From Desulfomicrobium sp. (GTDB lineage Bacteria > Desulfobacterota > Desulfovibrionia > Desulfovibrionales > Desulfomicrobiaceae): 64,000 nt of DNA. The notes beneath the pieces were generated by a model that was not told the DNA's origin, ran no database searches, and saw only the letters and a program-made list of their open reading frames with translations. The translations under genes were made by a program, and so were the position numbers. Location: NCBI GenBank assembly GCA_040768745.1, contig JAXGMI010000001.1:1472001-1536000 (forward strand). Direction: 5' to 3'. This document shows positions 40,421 to 50,290 of the stretch, one piece after another (the stretch's first letter is position 1; each line of letters begins with the position of its first letter).

Positions 40421-41716
40421 CTACGCTTCGTCTCCGTCATCGACATCGTCCTGGTCCGAGGAATCGTCCGTGTCCTCGTCCTTGTTCTGGCTGATCAGCA
40501 GATTCAACGCTCCACGGAGGGCCCCGATGTTTTCCTCGCTGATACCCTGGATGTCCAGCAGTTGTTCGTTGGTGCAGGCCGCCAAGGACTCCAGGGAGTC
40601 GAACCCGGCTTCGGCGAAGTCGGCGATGGAAATCTGGGCCGCACTGGCCAGCTGCTCCAGCAGTTGCCTGTTCTTGTGCACCTTGTTGAACCGGCTGTTG
40701 GTGAAGATGTCGATCTTCCAGCCCAACAGCTTGGCGGCCAGCTTGACGTTCTGTCCCTTCTTGCCGATGGCTGGGGTCAGTTGATCGTCGGGGACGACGA
40801 CCTCCAGCAGTTTCTCTTCCTCATCAATGGAAATTTTGGAAATACGGGCCGGCGAAAGGGCGTTGGCAGCATAGGTGGCGATGTCCGGGCTCCAGAGCAC
40901 GATATCGATTCGTTCGCCCCGCAGTTCCTGCACGATATTGTGGATGCGCGAGCCGCGGATGCCGACGCAGGCGCCCACAGGATCAACGTTGGAGTCCTGG
41001 GACAGGACCGTGACCTTGGCCCGCAGGCCCGGATCGCGGGCCACGCCCATGATGTTGACAACCCCATCGGCCACCTCGGGCACCTCGCGGCGGAAAAGGG
41101 CGATCATATACTCCGGATCGGAGCGGGTGATGATGATCTGCGGCCCGCGGCCTTCCTTGCGCACGTCGATGATGAGGCCTTCCACCCGATCCCCCTGGCG
41201 GAAACGTTCCCGGGGGATCTGCTTGTCCTTGGGCAGCAGGGCCTCGGTCCGGCCAAGGTTGATGATCCAGCCGGAGCGGTCGCGGCGCTGGATGATGCCA
41301 CTGACGATCTCACCCTTGCGGTTCTTGTATTCTTCGTAGATAATTTCTTGTTCAGCGTCGCGCATGCGCTGGATGATGACCTGCTTGGCGCTCTGGGCCG
41401 CGATGCGGCCCAGATCCTCTACCTGCAGGCGGAACCCGATGGCGTCATCCAATTCCACATTGGGATCATGCTTGGTGGCTTCCTTAAAGGCTATTTCCGT
41501 GTCTGGATCTTCCACCTCGTCCACCACGACCTTGAACTGGTAAACCTCGATGTCACCGGTCTCTTCGTTGAAGGTGACCTCGATATCCATCTTATCACCG
41601 TACTTTTTGGTCACTGAGGCCCGGATGGCTTCTTCCAGGGTGTCGATCAGCATGTCGCGGTCAATCCCTTTGTCCTTGCTGATCTGGTCGATGGCTTTCT
41701 TGAGTTCCAAATTCAT
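40421..41716 (-). CDS. nusA: Transcription elongation factor NusA
   Basis: GRIAAQSAKQVI, REVPE, DPVGACVG.RGSR, AIGKKGQNVKLA. Confidence 0.98.
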   Translation of the reverse strand: MNLELKKAIDQISKDKGIDRDMLIDTLEEAIRASVTKKYGDKMDIEVTFNEETGDIEVYQFKVVVDEVEDPDTEIAFKEATKHDPNVELDDAIGFRLQVEDLGRIAAQSAKQVIIQRMRDAEQEIIYEEYKNRKGEIVSGIIQRRDRSGWIINLGRTEALLPKDKQIPRERFRQGDRVEGLIIDVRKEGRGPQIIITRSDPEYMIALFRREVPEVADGVVNIMGVARDPGLRAKVTVLSQDSNVDPVGACVGIRGSRIHNIVQELRGERIDIVLWSPDIATYAANALSPARISKISIDEEEKLLEVVVPDDQLTPAIGKKGQNVKLAAKLLGWKIDIFTNSRFNKVHKNRQLLEQLASAAQISIADFAEAGFDSLESLAACTNEQLLDIQGISEENIGALRGALNLLISQNKDEDTDDSSDQDDVDDGDEA

Positions 41717-41755
41717 GAACGTCCTCCGTTCTCTAGAAAAATGATCCGTGCGGAT

Positions 41756-42250
41756 CTAGCGCTTGCCGGGCTTACCCTGTTCGGGATGTTCGTAGACGAG
41801 ATGGGCCTTGCCCACGTTGTCCCAGTGCAGTTCGAAGCTCGAGTTCTCTTCGGCCACGCTGAACATGGGAGGATTCACGGCGGTCAGGCGGCCCTTGAAA
41901 TTCTTTCTGCCATTGAGGGGCCGATCCAGCCGGATGTGCACCGTCTGGCCAAGGTAGCGGCCCATCTGCTCGGGAGAGAAGAACAATCGCTCCAAGCCTG
42001 GTGAGGAGACTTCCAGGGTGTAGGTCCCCGGGACGATGTCTTCCACGTCCAATACCTGGCTCAGGTGCCGACTGACTTCCGTGCACTCGTCGATGCCCAC
42101 GCCCTGGGCCGAATCAAGATAGATGCGGACAATCTTGTGCCTCCCACCTGCGCCGAACAGCAGTTCAATGCCCCAGACCTCGAGGTCCCGGGCCTGGCAG
42201 AGGGGAGTGACGATCTCCATAAGCCGAGCGTGAATGTCACGTGTATCCAT
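41756..42250 (-). CDS. rimP: Ribosome maturation factor RimP
   Basis: VRIYLD, C..VSR.LS..LDVED, YTLEVSSPGLER. Confidence 0.95.
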   Translation of the reverse strand: MDTRDIHARLMEIVTPLCQARDLEVWGIELLFGAGGRHKIVRIYLDSAQGVGIDECTEVSRHLSQVLDVEDIVPGTYTLEVSSPGLERLFFSPEQMGRYLGQTVHIRLDRPLNGRKNFKGRLTAVNPPMFSVAEENSSFELHWDNVGKAHLVYEHPEQGKPGKR

Positions 42251-42262
42251 ATCGCCTGCCGG

Positions 42263-42294
42263 AAAAAAAAAGGTGGACCACGGAAAGGCCCACC
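42263..42294 (-). terminator. rimP-leader-type terminator between tRNA-Gly and rimP
   Basis: Minus strand GGTGGGCC-TTTCCGT-GGTCCACC-T9, 12 nt before the rimP ATG. Confidence 0.8.
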
Positions 42295-42335
42295 CCCATC
42301 AGCTACCGAAATGTCAGTATGACTACATACAGGAG

Positions 42336-42411
42336 TGGAGCGGGTGACGAGAATCGAACTCGCAACACCAAGCTTGGGAAGCTTGTACTCTGCCAATTGA
42401 GCTACACCCGC
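42336..42411 (-). tRNA. tRNA-Gly (CCC)
   Basis: GCGGGTGTAGCTCAATTGGCAGAGTACAAGCTTCCCAAGCTTGGTGTTGCGAGTTCGATTCTCGTCACCCGCTCCA; 76 nt cloverleaf with encoded CCA. Confidence 0.97.
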
Positions 42412-42502
42412 TCTGCAATCGTCTCCCTTGCATGAGGCGGGGGAGGGGCGTCAAGTCTTTTTTTACAGGCTGCGACCCTGGCTCCAGAACAGATCTTTTT
42501 TC

Positions 42503-42518
42503 TGGCCTGGTATTTGCT
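42503..42518 (+). promoter_or_regulatory. sigma54 promoter of the flgF operon
   Basis: TGGCCTGGTATTTGCT. Confidence 0.75.
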
Positions 42519-42546
42519 TTCCACCACATGTCAAGGAGGGTTTCCC

Positions 42547-43323
42547 ATGCAGGAAAGCAGTTACAGCGCCACATTCGGTGCCCTGGTCCAGCAGAATCGC
42601 CTGGACATCATCGCCAATAATTTGGCGAACGTGAACACCACAGGTTTCAAGGGCGACAAGCTGGCATTCCAGGACACATTCCGCCGCCATGCCCATGATC
42701 TGCTTGACCCCAACACGACACTGGAGAGGCAGGTGCCCTGGCCCAAGGGTCACCTCCTGGCCCAGACCAAGGTCGCCGAGCAGGTCATTGATTTTTCCCA
42801 GGGGAGCCTCAAGGCCACTGGAAATCCGCTGGATCTGGCGATTTCCGGGGAAGGATTCTTCCGGGTCCAGACTCCGGAAGGGGAATTTTTGACCCGCCAG
42901 GGAGTCTACCATCGTTCCAGCGAGGGACTTGTGGTCGACGGCCACGGGAACAGGCTGCTGGGCGACGGTGGACCGCTGCAGATCCCGGAAACGGGAGTCG
43001 TCCTGGTGGGCGAGGACGGCTCTCTGACCGTGGACGGGGAGCGCATCGACACCATTTCCCTGGTCACGGTCGAGGATCTCCAATCCTTGGAAAAGGCGGG
43101 TAATTCTTTGCTGCGGGTCAGGCCCGAGACCCTGGTCCAGCCTGTGGCGACCGGAACCGCAAGCATCGAGCAGGGTTTCCTGGAAAGCGCCAATGTCGAG
43201 GTGGTCGGGGAAATGGTCAACATGATCGAGGCCATTCGCGCCTTTGAAGCCTACCAGAAAATGATCACCGGGACTTTTGAGCAAGACAAGAAGGCCATCG
43301 CCGAAGTCGGCGCGCCGCGCTGA
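42547..43323 (+). CDS. flgF: Flagellar basal-body rod protein FlgF
   Basis: IANNLANVNTTGFK, TGNPLDLAISGEGFF, LESANV; precedes flgG. Confidence 0.9.
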   Translation: MQESSYSATFGALVQQNRLDIIANNLANVNTTGFKGDKLAFQDTFRRHAHDLLDPNTTLERQVPWPKGHLLAQTKVAEQVIDFSQGSLKATGNPLDLAISGEGFFRVQTPEGEFLTRQGVYHRSSEGLVVDGHGNRLLGDGGPLQIPETGVVLVGEDGSLTVDGERIDTISLVTVEDLQSLEKAGNSLLRVRPETLVQPVATGTASIEQGFLESANVEVVGEMVNMIEAIRAFEAYQKMITGTFEQDKKAIAEVGAPR

Positions 43324-43388
43324 TGCGCAGCGTGTCCCGCCGGGGTGGCCTGGAGCAGACATCACGCAACGCCGCAAGGAGATGAAAA

Positions 43389-44171
43389 ATGATCCGCGCA
43401 TTATGGACCAGCGCTTCGGGCATGATCGCCCAGCAGCTCAATCTGGACGTGACAGCCAACAACCTGGCCAACGTCAACACCACGGGATTCAAGAAAAACC
43501 GGGCCGAATTCGAGGATCTCATGTACCAGAGCATGAAGATCGCCGGCTCCACCACCCAGGACGGCAATGAGCTGCCCGTGGGCATGCAGGTCGGCATGGG
43601 AGTGCGGCCAGTTTCGGTGCACAAGATTTTCTCCCAGGGCGATTTCCAGAACACGGGCAACCAGCTCGACCTAGTCATCGAAGGGGACGGTTTCTTCCGC
43701 GTGGACCGGAACGGCGAGGAGGCATACACCAGGAACGGGGCCTTCAAGCTCGACAGCGATGGCCGCATCGTCTCGGACAACGGGCATCCCCTGCAGCCGG
43801 AATTCATTGTTCCCCAAGAAACCCAGAACATCGTCGTCACCGAGGACGGGCACCTGACCTGTGTGGACAAGTCCGGAGCGGAGCTAGCGGCCACGGACAT
43901 CCCCATCTACACCTTTGTCAATGCTGCCGGACTCAAGGCCGTGGGGCGCAATCTCTATGTGCAGACAGACGGCTCGGGCGAAGCCGTGGAAAGCGTCCCG
44001 GGCGAGAACAACGCCGGGACCCTGGCCCAGGGTTTCCTGGAAATGTCCAACGTGGAGATCGTGGAGGAAATGGTCAATATGATCGTGGGACAGCGCGCCT
44101 ACGAGGCCAACTCCAAGTCCATCACCACGGCCGATACCCTGCTGCAGATCGCCAACCAGATGAAGAGGTAG
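43389..44171 (+). CDS. flgG: Flagellar basal-body rod protein FlgG
   Basis: ANNLANVNTTGFKK, FEDLMYQ, QRAYEANSK; 260 aa. Confidence 0.96.
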   Translation: MIRALWTSASGMIAQQLNLDVTANNLANVNTTGFKKNRAEFEDLMYQSMKIAGSTTQDGNELPVGMQVGMGVRPVSVHKIFSQGDFQNTGNQLDLVIEGDGFFRVDRNGEEAYTRNGAFKLDSDGRIVSDNGHPLQPEFIVPQETQNIVVTEDGHLTCVDKSGAELAATDIPIYTFVNAAGLKAVGRNLYVQTDGSGEAVESVPGENNAGTLAQGFLEMSNVEIVEEMVNMIVGQRAYEANSKSITTADTLLQIANQMKR

Positions 44172-44175
44172 TCGC

Positions 44176-45123
44176 ATGCGTGCCGCCGTGGTCCTTCTTC
44201 TTATGCTTTTCCCTGTGCTGGCCCAAGCCGAGGGGCGTCTGATCCTGGCCGGGGCCGTATGCGTGGATGGGCCGGTGCTGAGGCTGGCGGACCTGGCCCG
44301 GGCAGAGGGGGACGGGGCAGTGGCGGCCATGGCCAGCATTGCGGACAGACCCTTGCTGGCCGCGCCCAGGTTCGATGGGGCGCGGGCCAATCTGAGCGGA
44401 TCCAGGCTGAAGGAGCTTATTATCCAGCGGTTCGGACCGGGATTGCCGGAAATCGAAGTCCCGGAGCAGGTACAGGTGCAGCGGGGAGGGCAGGTCATCA
44501 GCGCTGTGGCCATGCGCGAGGACATTAACAAAATTTTGACTCAGGCCTTGGCGCATCTCGAGGGCGAGGTGGAGATCCGCGACTACCGCATCGCCGATTA
44601 CCTGTTCATCAAGGACAAGACTCCCGTGCAGATCAGGGTTGTTCCAGCCGGGGTGTTGGCTCCCGGGCGGATCAGTCTGCGCCTGGAGGCATTGAACAGG
44701 GAAGGCGGCGTGGTGCAGAGCTTCACGGGAACGGTCTTTGCCGACGTTTGGAAAACAGTGCCGTGCGCGGCCCGCGTCCTGAACAGAGGGGATGTGCTGG
44801 AACCTGCGCTGGTAACCTTCGCGCGCAAGAATCTGGCGTATCTGCCTCGTCCTTGCTGGGACGGTCGGGGAGTAGCTCTGCGCATGGCGGCCCCTGTGGG
44901 CGAGGGACAGGTCATCGCGGCCGAGGCTGTGGAACGTATACCGGAAGTGGTCAAAGGCAAGGTGCTGACCCTGGTCTACGCGGGGCAGCATCTGAGGCTG
45001 AGCGTGCCTGTGGAAAGCCTTGAAGACGGGAGCATCGGAAGCGTGATCCGGGTCCGGAACGTGCAGAGCCGTCGGATGGTGGCGGCACGCGTGGTCGATG
45101 CAGAAACGGCGCAGGTGCCGTAA
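44176..45123 (+). CDS. flgA: Flagellar P-ring chaperone FlgA
   Basis: Signal peptide, SAF domain, C-terminal LEDGSIGSVIRVRNVQSRR. Confidence 0.88.
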   Translation: MRAAVVLLLMLFPVLAQAEGRLILAGAVCVDGPVLRLADLARAEGDGAVAAMASIADRPLLAAPRFDGARANLSGSRLKELIIQRFGPGLPEIEVPEQVQVQRGGQVISAVAMREDINKILTQALAHLEGEVEIRDYRIADYLFIKDKTPVQIRVVPAGVLAPGRISLRLEALNREGGVVQSFTGTVFADVWKTVPCAARVLNRGDVLEPALVTFARKNLAYLPRPCWDGRGVALRMAAPVGEGQVIAAEAVERIPEVVKGKVLTLVYAGQHLRLSVPVESLEDGSIGSVIRVRNVQSRRMVAARVVDAETAQVP

Positions 45124-45135
45124 CCAGAGGGAAAC

Positions 45136-45825
45136 ATGAACAACAGATTGTATATGATAGGGCTGCTGGCCCTGGGCTTGGCGGGATGCAGGGCTGCGGG
45201 CCGGCCGGCGATGCCCGCCGCGGTGGTTGCCCCGCCACCACAGGAGCGGATGGCTCCGGCGGCCAACCCGGGTTCACTTTACGACCCTGACGGGGCCACA
45301 GCGCTTTTCTCCGACGCCAGGGCCAGAAGGGTGGGGGACATTTTGCTGATCAAGGTCATGGAAACCACCTTGGCCAAGAACAAGGCCTCGACCACGGCAG
45401 ACAAGGAAAACACCATGGATCTGGGGGTGAGCGCCTTCCTCGGGCGGGACAAGCTGCCCCTGATCCCTGGAGCCGAGGTGGGAGAGGGCCCGATGATCAG
45501 CGCGAGATCCAAGAGCGACTTCGAGGGCGACGGCGAGACCAAGCGTGAAAGCGTCATCACCACCACCGTGGCGGCCCGGGTGACCCGGGTCCTGGGCGGA
45601 GGGTTGATGGAAGTGGTCGGCGCCCGGGAAACCAGAGTCAACGGGGAAACACAGATTGTGCTGGTCCAGGGCGTGGCCCGGGATCGGGACATCAACGCAG
45701 ACAACACCATCAAATCCACGAGCCTGGCTGAAGCCCGCATCGAGTTGTACGGCGAGGGCGTGCTGGCGGAAAAACAGCAGCCCGGCTGGCTGGGGAGGAT
45801 ACTCGACAATGTGTGGCCGTTCTAA
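45136..45825 (+). CDS. flgH: Flagellar L-ring lipoprotein
   Basis: LAGC lipobox, [25 protein letters not shown]. Confidence 0.95.
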   Translation: MNNRLYMIGLLALGLAGCRAAGRPAMPAAVVAPPPQERMAPAANPGSLYDPDGATALFSDARARRVGDILLIKVMETTLAKNKASTTADKENTMDLGVSAFLGRDKLPLIPGAEVGEGPMISARSKSDFEGDGETKRESVITTTVAARVTRVLGGGLMEVVGARETRVNGETQIVLVQGVARDRDINADNTIKSTSLAEARIELYGEGVLAEKQQPGWLGRILDNVWPF

Positions 45826-45829
45826 AGGA

Positions 45830-46927
45830 ATGCGTCTGTTCTGGCGGACCATGGGGCTGACCCTGTTCCTCCTGGCCATGGTGGTCCAGGCCTGGGGAGT
45901 GAGGCTGAAGGACATAGCCAATTTCGGGGGCGTGCGGAGCAACGATCTGGTTGGATATGGCCTAGTGGTCGGCCTGGCCGGCACCGGCGACAAGAGCGGA
46001 TCGCAGTTCACTATCCAGTCCATGGCCAACATGCTGGAAAGCATGGGAGTCAAGGTCGACCGCAGCTCGCTGAAGCCCAAGAACGTGGCTGCAGTTATGG
46101 TCACGGCCAAGATGCCGGCTTCGTCCCGACCAGGTGCCAAGATGGACGTCACGGTCTCATCCGTGGGCGATGCGGCCTCTCTCTTTGGCGGGGTGCTTTT
46201 ACTCACCCCCCTCAAGGGAGTGGACGGGAATGTCTATGCCTTGAGCCAGGGACCCCTGGCTGTGGGGGGATATTCGGCCGCAGGGGAGGCGTCCTCGGCC
46301 AGCAAGAATATCACGACGGTGGCGCGCATTCCGGGGGGGGCTGTCATCGAGCGCAGCGTTCCTTTCAGCTTCAATGAGCAAAAGGACGTGGCCATCCATC
46401 TGCATGTGGAAGATTTTTCCACTGCCAAGCAGGTCACTGACAGCCTGAACCGGGCCATGGGCGGCCAGTATGCCCGGGCCCAGGATGCCTCCACGGTGAA
46501 ACTGAGCGTTCCTGAGCGGCATCAGGGAGACATTGTCTCCTTGATGGCCTCCCTGGAAAACATCGAGGTGCGTCCAGACGGGCGGGCCAAGGTGGTGGTG
46601 GATGAAAAGACAGGAACCGTGGTTTTGGGGTCGAACGTGACATTGTCCAAAGTCGCTGTGTCCCACGGCAATCTGAACGTGATTGTGGCCGAACAGCCCC
46701 AGGTTTCCCAGCCAGGTGCCTTTTCACAGGGTCAGACCACAGTCACGCCGCAAACCCAGCTGGCGGTCCGCGAGGAGCAGAGGCGGCTTGTGCTCATGAG
46801 CGGGGCGTCCATCCAGGAGCTGGTTGATGGCTTGAACGCCATCGGGGCCACGCCGCGGGATCTTATTTCCATTTTGCGGACCATGAAGTCGGCCGGAGCC
46901 CTGCACGCCGATCTTGAAGTCCTCTAG
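45830..46927 (+). CDS. flgI: Flagellar P-ring protein
   Basis: [36 protein letters not shown]. Confidence 0.96.
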   Translation: MRLFWRTMGLTLFLLAMVVQAWGVRLKDIANFGGVRSNDLVGYGLVVGLAGTGDKSGSQFTIQSMANMLESMGVKVDRSSLKPKNVAAVMVTAKMPASSRPGAKMDVTVSSVGDAASLFGGVLLLTPLKGVDGNVYALSQGPLAVGGYSAAGEASSASKNITTVARIPGGAVIERSVPFSFNEQKDVAIHLHVEDFSTAKQVTDSLNRAMGGQYARAQDASTVKLSVPERHQGDIVSLMASLENIEVRPDGRAKVVVDEKTGTVVLGSNVTLSKVAVSHGNLNVIVAEQPQVSQPGAFSQGQTTVTPQTQLAVREEQRRLVLMSGASIQELVDGLNAIGATPRDLISILRTMKSAGALHADLEVL

Positions 46928-46945
46928 CGGCGGGAGAAAAACATC

Positions 46946-47551
46946 ATGAGCGAACTGGTTACCAATGCCCCATTGACTGGCGACGCCACCCAGAATCTGG
47001 AACAACGTCTGGAGGAACTGCGGTCCGGCCTGCATCCGGAAAAGAAGCTGAACGCGGTCAAGCTGAAGAAGGCCTGCCAGGATTTCGAGGCGGTGTTCAT
47101 CAGCCAGATCTGGAAGCAGATGCGAGGGTCCGTGCCCAAAGACGGGATGCTCCACTCCAAGGAGGAGGAAAGCTACCTTTCCATGTTCGACCAGGAGTTG
47201 TCTGTGAAGATGGCCCAGGGCGGTGGCATCGGTCTGTCTGACCTGCTTTACACCAGTCTTTCCGAGCGGTTGATGAACGCCAGTCGGAATACGTCATCTG
47301 CCAGTCCCCTCCAGCCGCTGGACAAAAGTAAGATGGCCAGGGAGCCCGTGGCGGCCCAGGCCATGGCAGTCCAGGCCAGCACTCTGGCCGCTCAGGCGGC
47401 CCAGAAGGAGGCCGAGAAGTTGGCCGAGCGCATTGAACGGAAGCACGCAGCGGGCGGCATGCAGGCCGGATTGGCCGCAGCCGGAGATTCCATGTCGGAA
47501 CTGGAGGAAGCGCTGCGGGTGGTTCGCATGGATGTCGAGGGAGACCTGTAA
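46946..47551 (+). CDS. flgJ: FlgJ-like rod-binding protein (no muramidase domain)
   Basis: LKKACQDFEAVFI..KQMR, YLSMFDQEL, GGIGLSDLLY. Confidence 0.82.
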   Translation: MSELVTNAPLTGDATQNLEQRLEELRSGLHPEKKLNAVKLKKACQDFEAVFISQIWKQMRGSVPKDGMLHSKEEESYLSMFDQELSVKMAQGGGIGLSDLLYTSLSERLMNASRNTSSASPLQPLDKSKMAREPVAAQAMAVQASTLAAQAAQKEAEKLAERIERKHAAGGMQAGLAAAGDSMSELEEALRVVRMDVEGDL

Positions 47552-47645
47552 GGGCGGGAAAAAGTTGCCGGCAGCCCGGGGCCTTGGCGGCAGGCAGGGC
47601 AACGTGAACCCCCGATTCCCAAGGCGTTGGCACCGAAAACTGATA

Positions 47646-47661
47646 TGGCCGGATCATTGCA
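47646..47661 (+). promoter_or_regulatory. sigma54 promoter of flgN-flgK-flgL-csrA-fliW
   Basis: TGGCCGGATCATTGCA. Confidence 0.75.
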
Positions 47662-47740
47662 GATCATTTGCACAAAGGGGGCGGACCCGGCACAGAATTC
47701 CGGACCCCGCGCCTTCATATTTCACCCACAAGGATACGCC

Positions 47741-48214
47741 ATGCAGCAGAGCATATTCGATGCGCTTCATCGTCAGGCCCAGGGCACGGAACTTCTGTGC
47801 ATGCTGTTGCAGGAGGAGTACGCCCTGCTCCGGGCCGGGCGGCCGGACCACGTGGCTGGCTTGGAAATGTCCATCCAGGAATTGATCAGACAGCTGGTGC
47901 GCGAGCGGGAATGCATGAGGCGCCTGCTCAATGGTTGGGGATATGCTGGTCTGAACGATTTCGTGGGGAGAGTGGATGGGCCCTCTGCGGACAATTTCTT
48001 GCTGTGGAGGAGAAAACTCGCTGATTGGGAGCAGGACTGCGCCCGGCAGGCGACCATGAATGCCGATCTGGCCATGGCCATGTGGAAGCAGAGCGGGCAG
48101 CTGCTCAGCCATTTTCAGAATCAGGTCGCTCCCAGGGAACGCAACACCTACACGGCCAAGGGCTCCTGGCACAATCGTCCGTCCACTGCAGCCCTGGTGC
48201 GCGGGAGGTTGTGA
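47741..48214 (+). CDS. flgN: Flagellar export chaperone FlgN
   Basis: Helical ~157 aa, C-terminal NTYTAKG; directly upstream of flgK. Confidence 0.8.
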   Translation: MQQSIFDALHRQAQGTELLCMLLQEEYALLRAGRPDHVAGLEMSIQELIRQLVRERECMRRLLNGWGYAGLNDFVGRVDGPSADNFLLWRRKLADWEQDCARQATMNADLAMAMWKQSGQLLSHFQNQVAPRERNTYTAKGSWHNRPSTAALVRGRL

Positions 48215-50280
48215 TGCCCGGTGTCACCAGCCTGCTCGACATCGGCAAAAAATCCCTGTTTGCCAGCCAGGCAGCCATTGAGGTTGTCGGCAACAACATC
48301 TCCAACGCCAACACAGAAGGGTACAGCCGCCAGGCTGTGGTGCTGGAGGACGGCCTCTACATCAACTACTCGCCGGGCCAGCTTGGCACAGGGGTCAATG
48401 CGACCCAGGTCATCCGCCATTTCGACGAGTTCGTAGAGAAACAGTACAACGCCAAATTGTCCGAACAGGAGCGCTGGTCAACATTATATAGTAATTTGAA
48501 TGGTTTAGAAAAAATTTTCAACGAAGCCAATTCCGGTGGTCTCAATGCTGTCCTGTCGCAATTCTGGGCCAGCTGGCAGGACCTCTCGGCGGATCCGGAA
48601 AACTCGGGCATCCGCAACGCCCTTTTGGGCCACGCGTTCAATCTGCAGAACGCCGTCCAGGCGGCAGAAGAGGATCTGCAAGCCCTGCAGACAAGCGCAG
48701 ACGATGCGATCTCCCAGGAAGTTGACACAATCAACGCGATTCTGGCCAATATCGCATCCATAAACACACAGATCACCGTCAGTGAGGAAACGGGCAGGAA
48801 CAACGCCAACGGGCTGCGAGACGAACGGGCGGCACTTGTCCGTCAACTGTCCGAGAAGATGGACATTACCTATATCGACAATGGTCTGGGCAATGTGACG
48901 GTTCTGACCAAGGCCGGGCAAACCCTGGTCGATGGAGCCCGATTTTTCCGCTTGGCCTTCGAGGGGCCTCAGACCATCGCCGATCTGGCCAGCCCTTCGG
49001 CATTTGATGGAACCGTCGGATTCAGCGGTGAAAGCTCCACCGGCTATACCGTAAAGATCGTAGACGCAGGAGCCGTGGGCACGGCCACATACCGGGTGTC
49101 CAACGACGGTGGCAAAACCTGGCTCACGGACGGGAATGGGGTCAGCATTTTCACCACCAGCGAGTCCGGCCTGCGTTTGCCTGATGGCAGGGGGGTGCTC
49201 ACATTCGATGCCGGGTCAGGAAATCCCCTGGCCGCCGGGGACACATTCCATGTTCTGACCCAGAAAACGCTTTTCTGGTATGAAACGGCAACCTCAAAGG
49301 TCAATATTACCCCGCAGGTTCTTCCCAATGGGGGAGACAACGAGCGCAGGCTGACCGGAGGAAGCCTGGCCGGATATTTCCAATTCCGCGATGCCAGCGC
49401 GGGGGGATACATCGAAATGCTGGACGCCTTTTCCTCCAGCCTGGCGTGGGAGGTGAACAGGATTCATTCCCAGGGGGCGGGCACGGACCGGTTCGCGGAG
49501 GTTGTCGGCACGTACGGGGTTTCGGACGCGGCATCCGGACTGGGCACTGCAGAAGCGGGGCTGGTATTCCGGGACAGGCTGACCAACGGCAATGTCATGG
49601 TCTATGTGTACGATCAGACCACCGGCGTTTTGAAAAACTCACAACCGTTGTTTTCCGGAGTCAATTTCGACCCCCAGGCCCATTCCCTGGAGGATGTGGT
49701 CGCTGCATTTTCCTCCATCGAAGGCATTGAGGCCAGCATTCTGGGCGGCAGGCTGCACCTGGCAGCGGAGGATGGATCCCGGTTCGCCTTTGGGTCTGAC
49801 TCCAGCGGGCTGATGGCGGCCTTGGGCATCAACACGTTTTTTGACGGTTCGGATGCGCGGACGCTGACCCTCAACGCCACTGTCGCGAACAATCCCTCGT
49901 TCATCAATGCCGGGCATGTGAACGGGGCAGGGGAAATGAATCGCGGGGACAACACGACCGCCTCGGCCATCGCATCCCTGCAAAGGGCCGATGTCAGGAT
50001 CGGCACGTCTTCCGGCGGCATCACGTCGCAGACCCTGGGGGAATATTATTCCGCCTTCGTGGCCCTGATCGGATCCGACACCGCCAACGCCAAGTTCAGG
50101 CATGAATTCAATGCGGCCCTGGCTTCCGACCTGAAGGCCCAGCAGGAGGCGGTCAGCGGCGTGAATCTGGACGAGGAAATGACCAATCTGATCAAGTTTC
50201 AACATGCCTATACCGCGGCGGCCAAGCTCGTCACCACCGCGGAATCCATGTTGGAGGTTTTGTTGGGGCTCAAGTCCTAG
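48214..50280 (+). CDS. flgK: Flagellar hook-associated protein 1
   Basis: GNNISNANTEGYSRQ, VSGVNLDEEMTNLIKFQHAY. Confidence 0.96.
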   Translation: MPGVTSLLDIGKKSLFASQAAIEVVGNNISNANTEGYSRQAVVLEDGLYINYSPGQLGTGVNATQVIRHFDEFVEKQYNAKLSEQERWSTLYSNLNGLEKIFNEANSGGLNAVLSQFWASWQDLSADPENSGIRNALLGHAFNLQNAVQAAEEDLQALQTSADDAISQEVDTINAILANIASINTQITVSEETGRNNANGLRDERAALVRQLSEKMDITYIDNGLGNVTVLTKAGQTLVDGARFFRLAFEGPQTIADLASPSAFDGTVGFSGESSTGYTVKIVDAGAVGTATYRVSNDGGKTWLTDGNGVSIFTTSESGLRLPDGRGVLTFDAGSGNPLAAGDTFHVLTQKTLFWYETATSKVNITPQVLPNGGDNERRLTGGSLAGYFQFRDASAGGYIEMLDAFSSSLAWEVNRIHSQGAGTDRFAEVVGTYGVSDAASGLGTAEAGLVFRDRLTNGNVMVYVYDQTTGVLKNSQPLFSGVNFDPQAHSLEDVVAAFSSIEGIEASILGGRLHLAAEDGSRFAFGSDSSGLMAALGINTFFDGSDARTLTLNATVANNPSFINAGHVNGAGEMNRGDNTTASAIASLQRADVRIGTSSGGITSQTLGEYYSAFVALIGSDTANAKFRHEFNAALASDLKAQQEAVSGVNLDEEMTNLIKFQHAYTAAAKLVTTAESMLEVLLGLKS

Positions 50281-50290
50281 GAGGCGGACA

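Noticed and set aside
42300..42411. tRNA-Gly as an integration site for an island or prophage
   Set aside because: No integrase and no duplicated tRNA 3' end were seen; the flanks are core genes.
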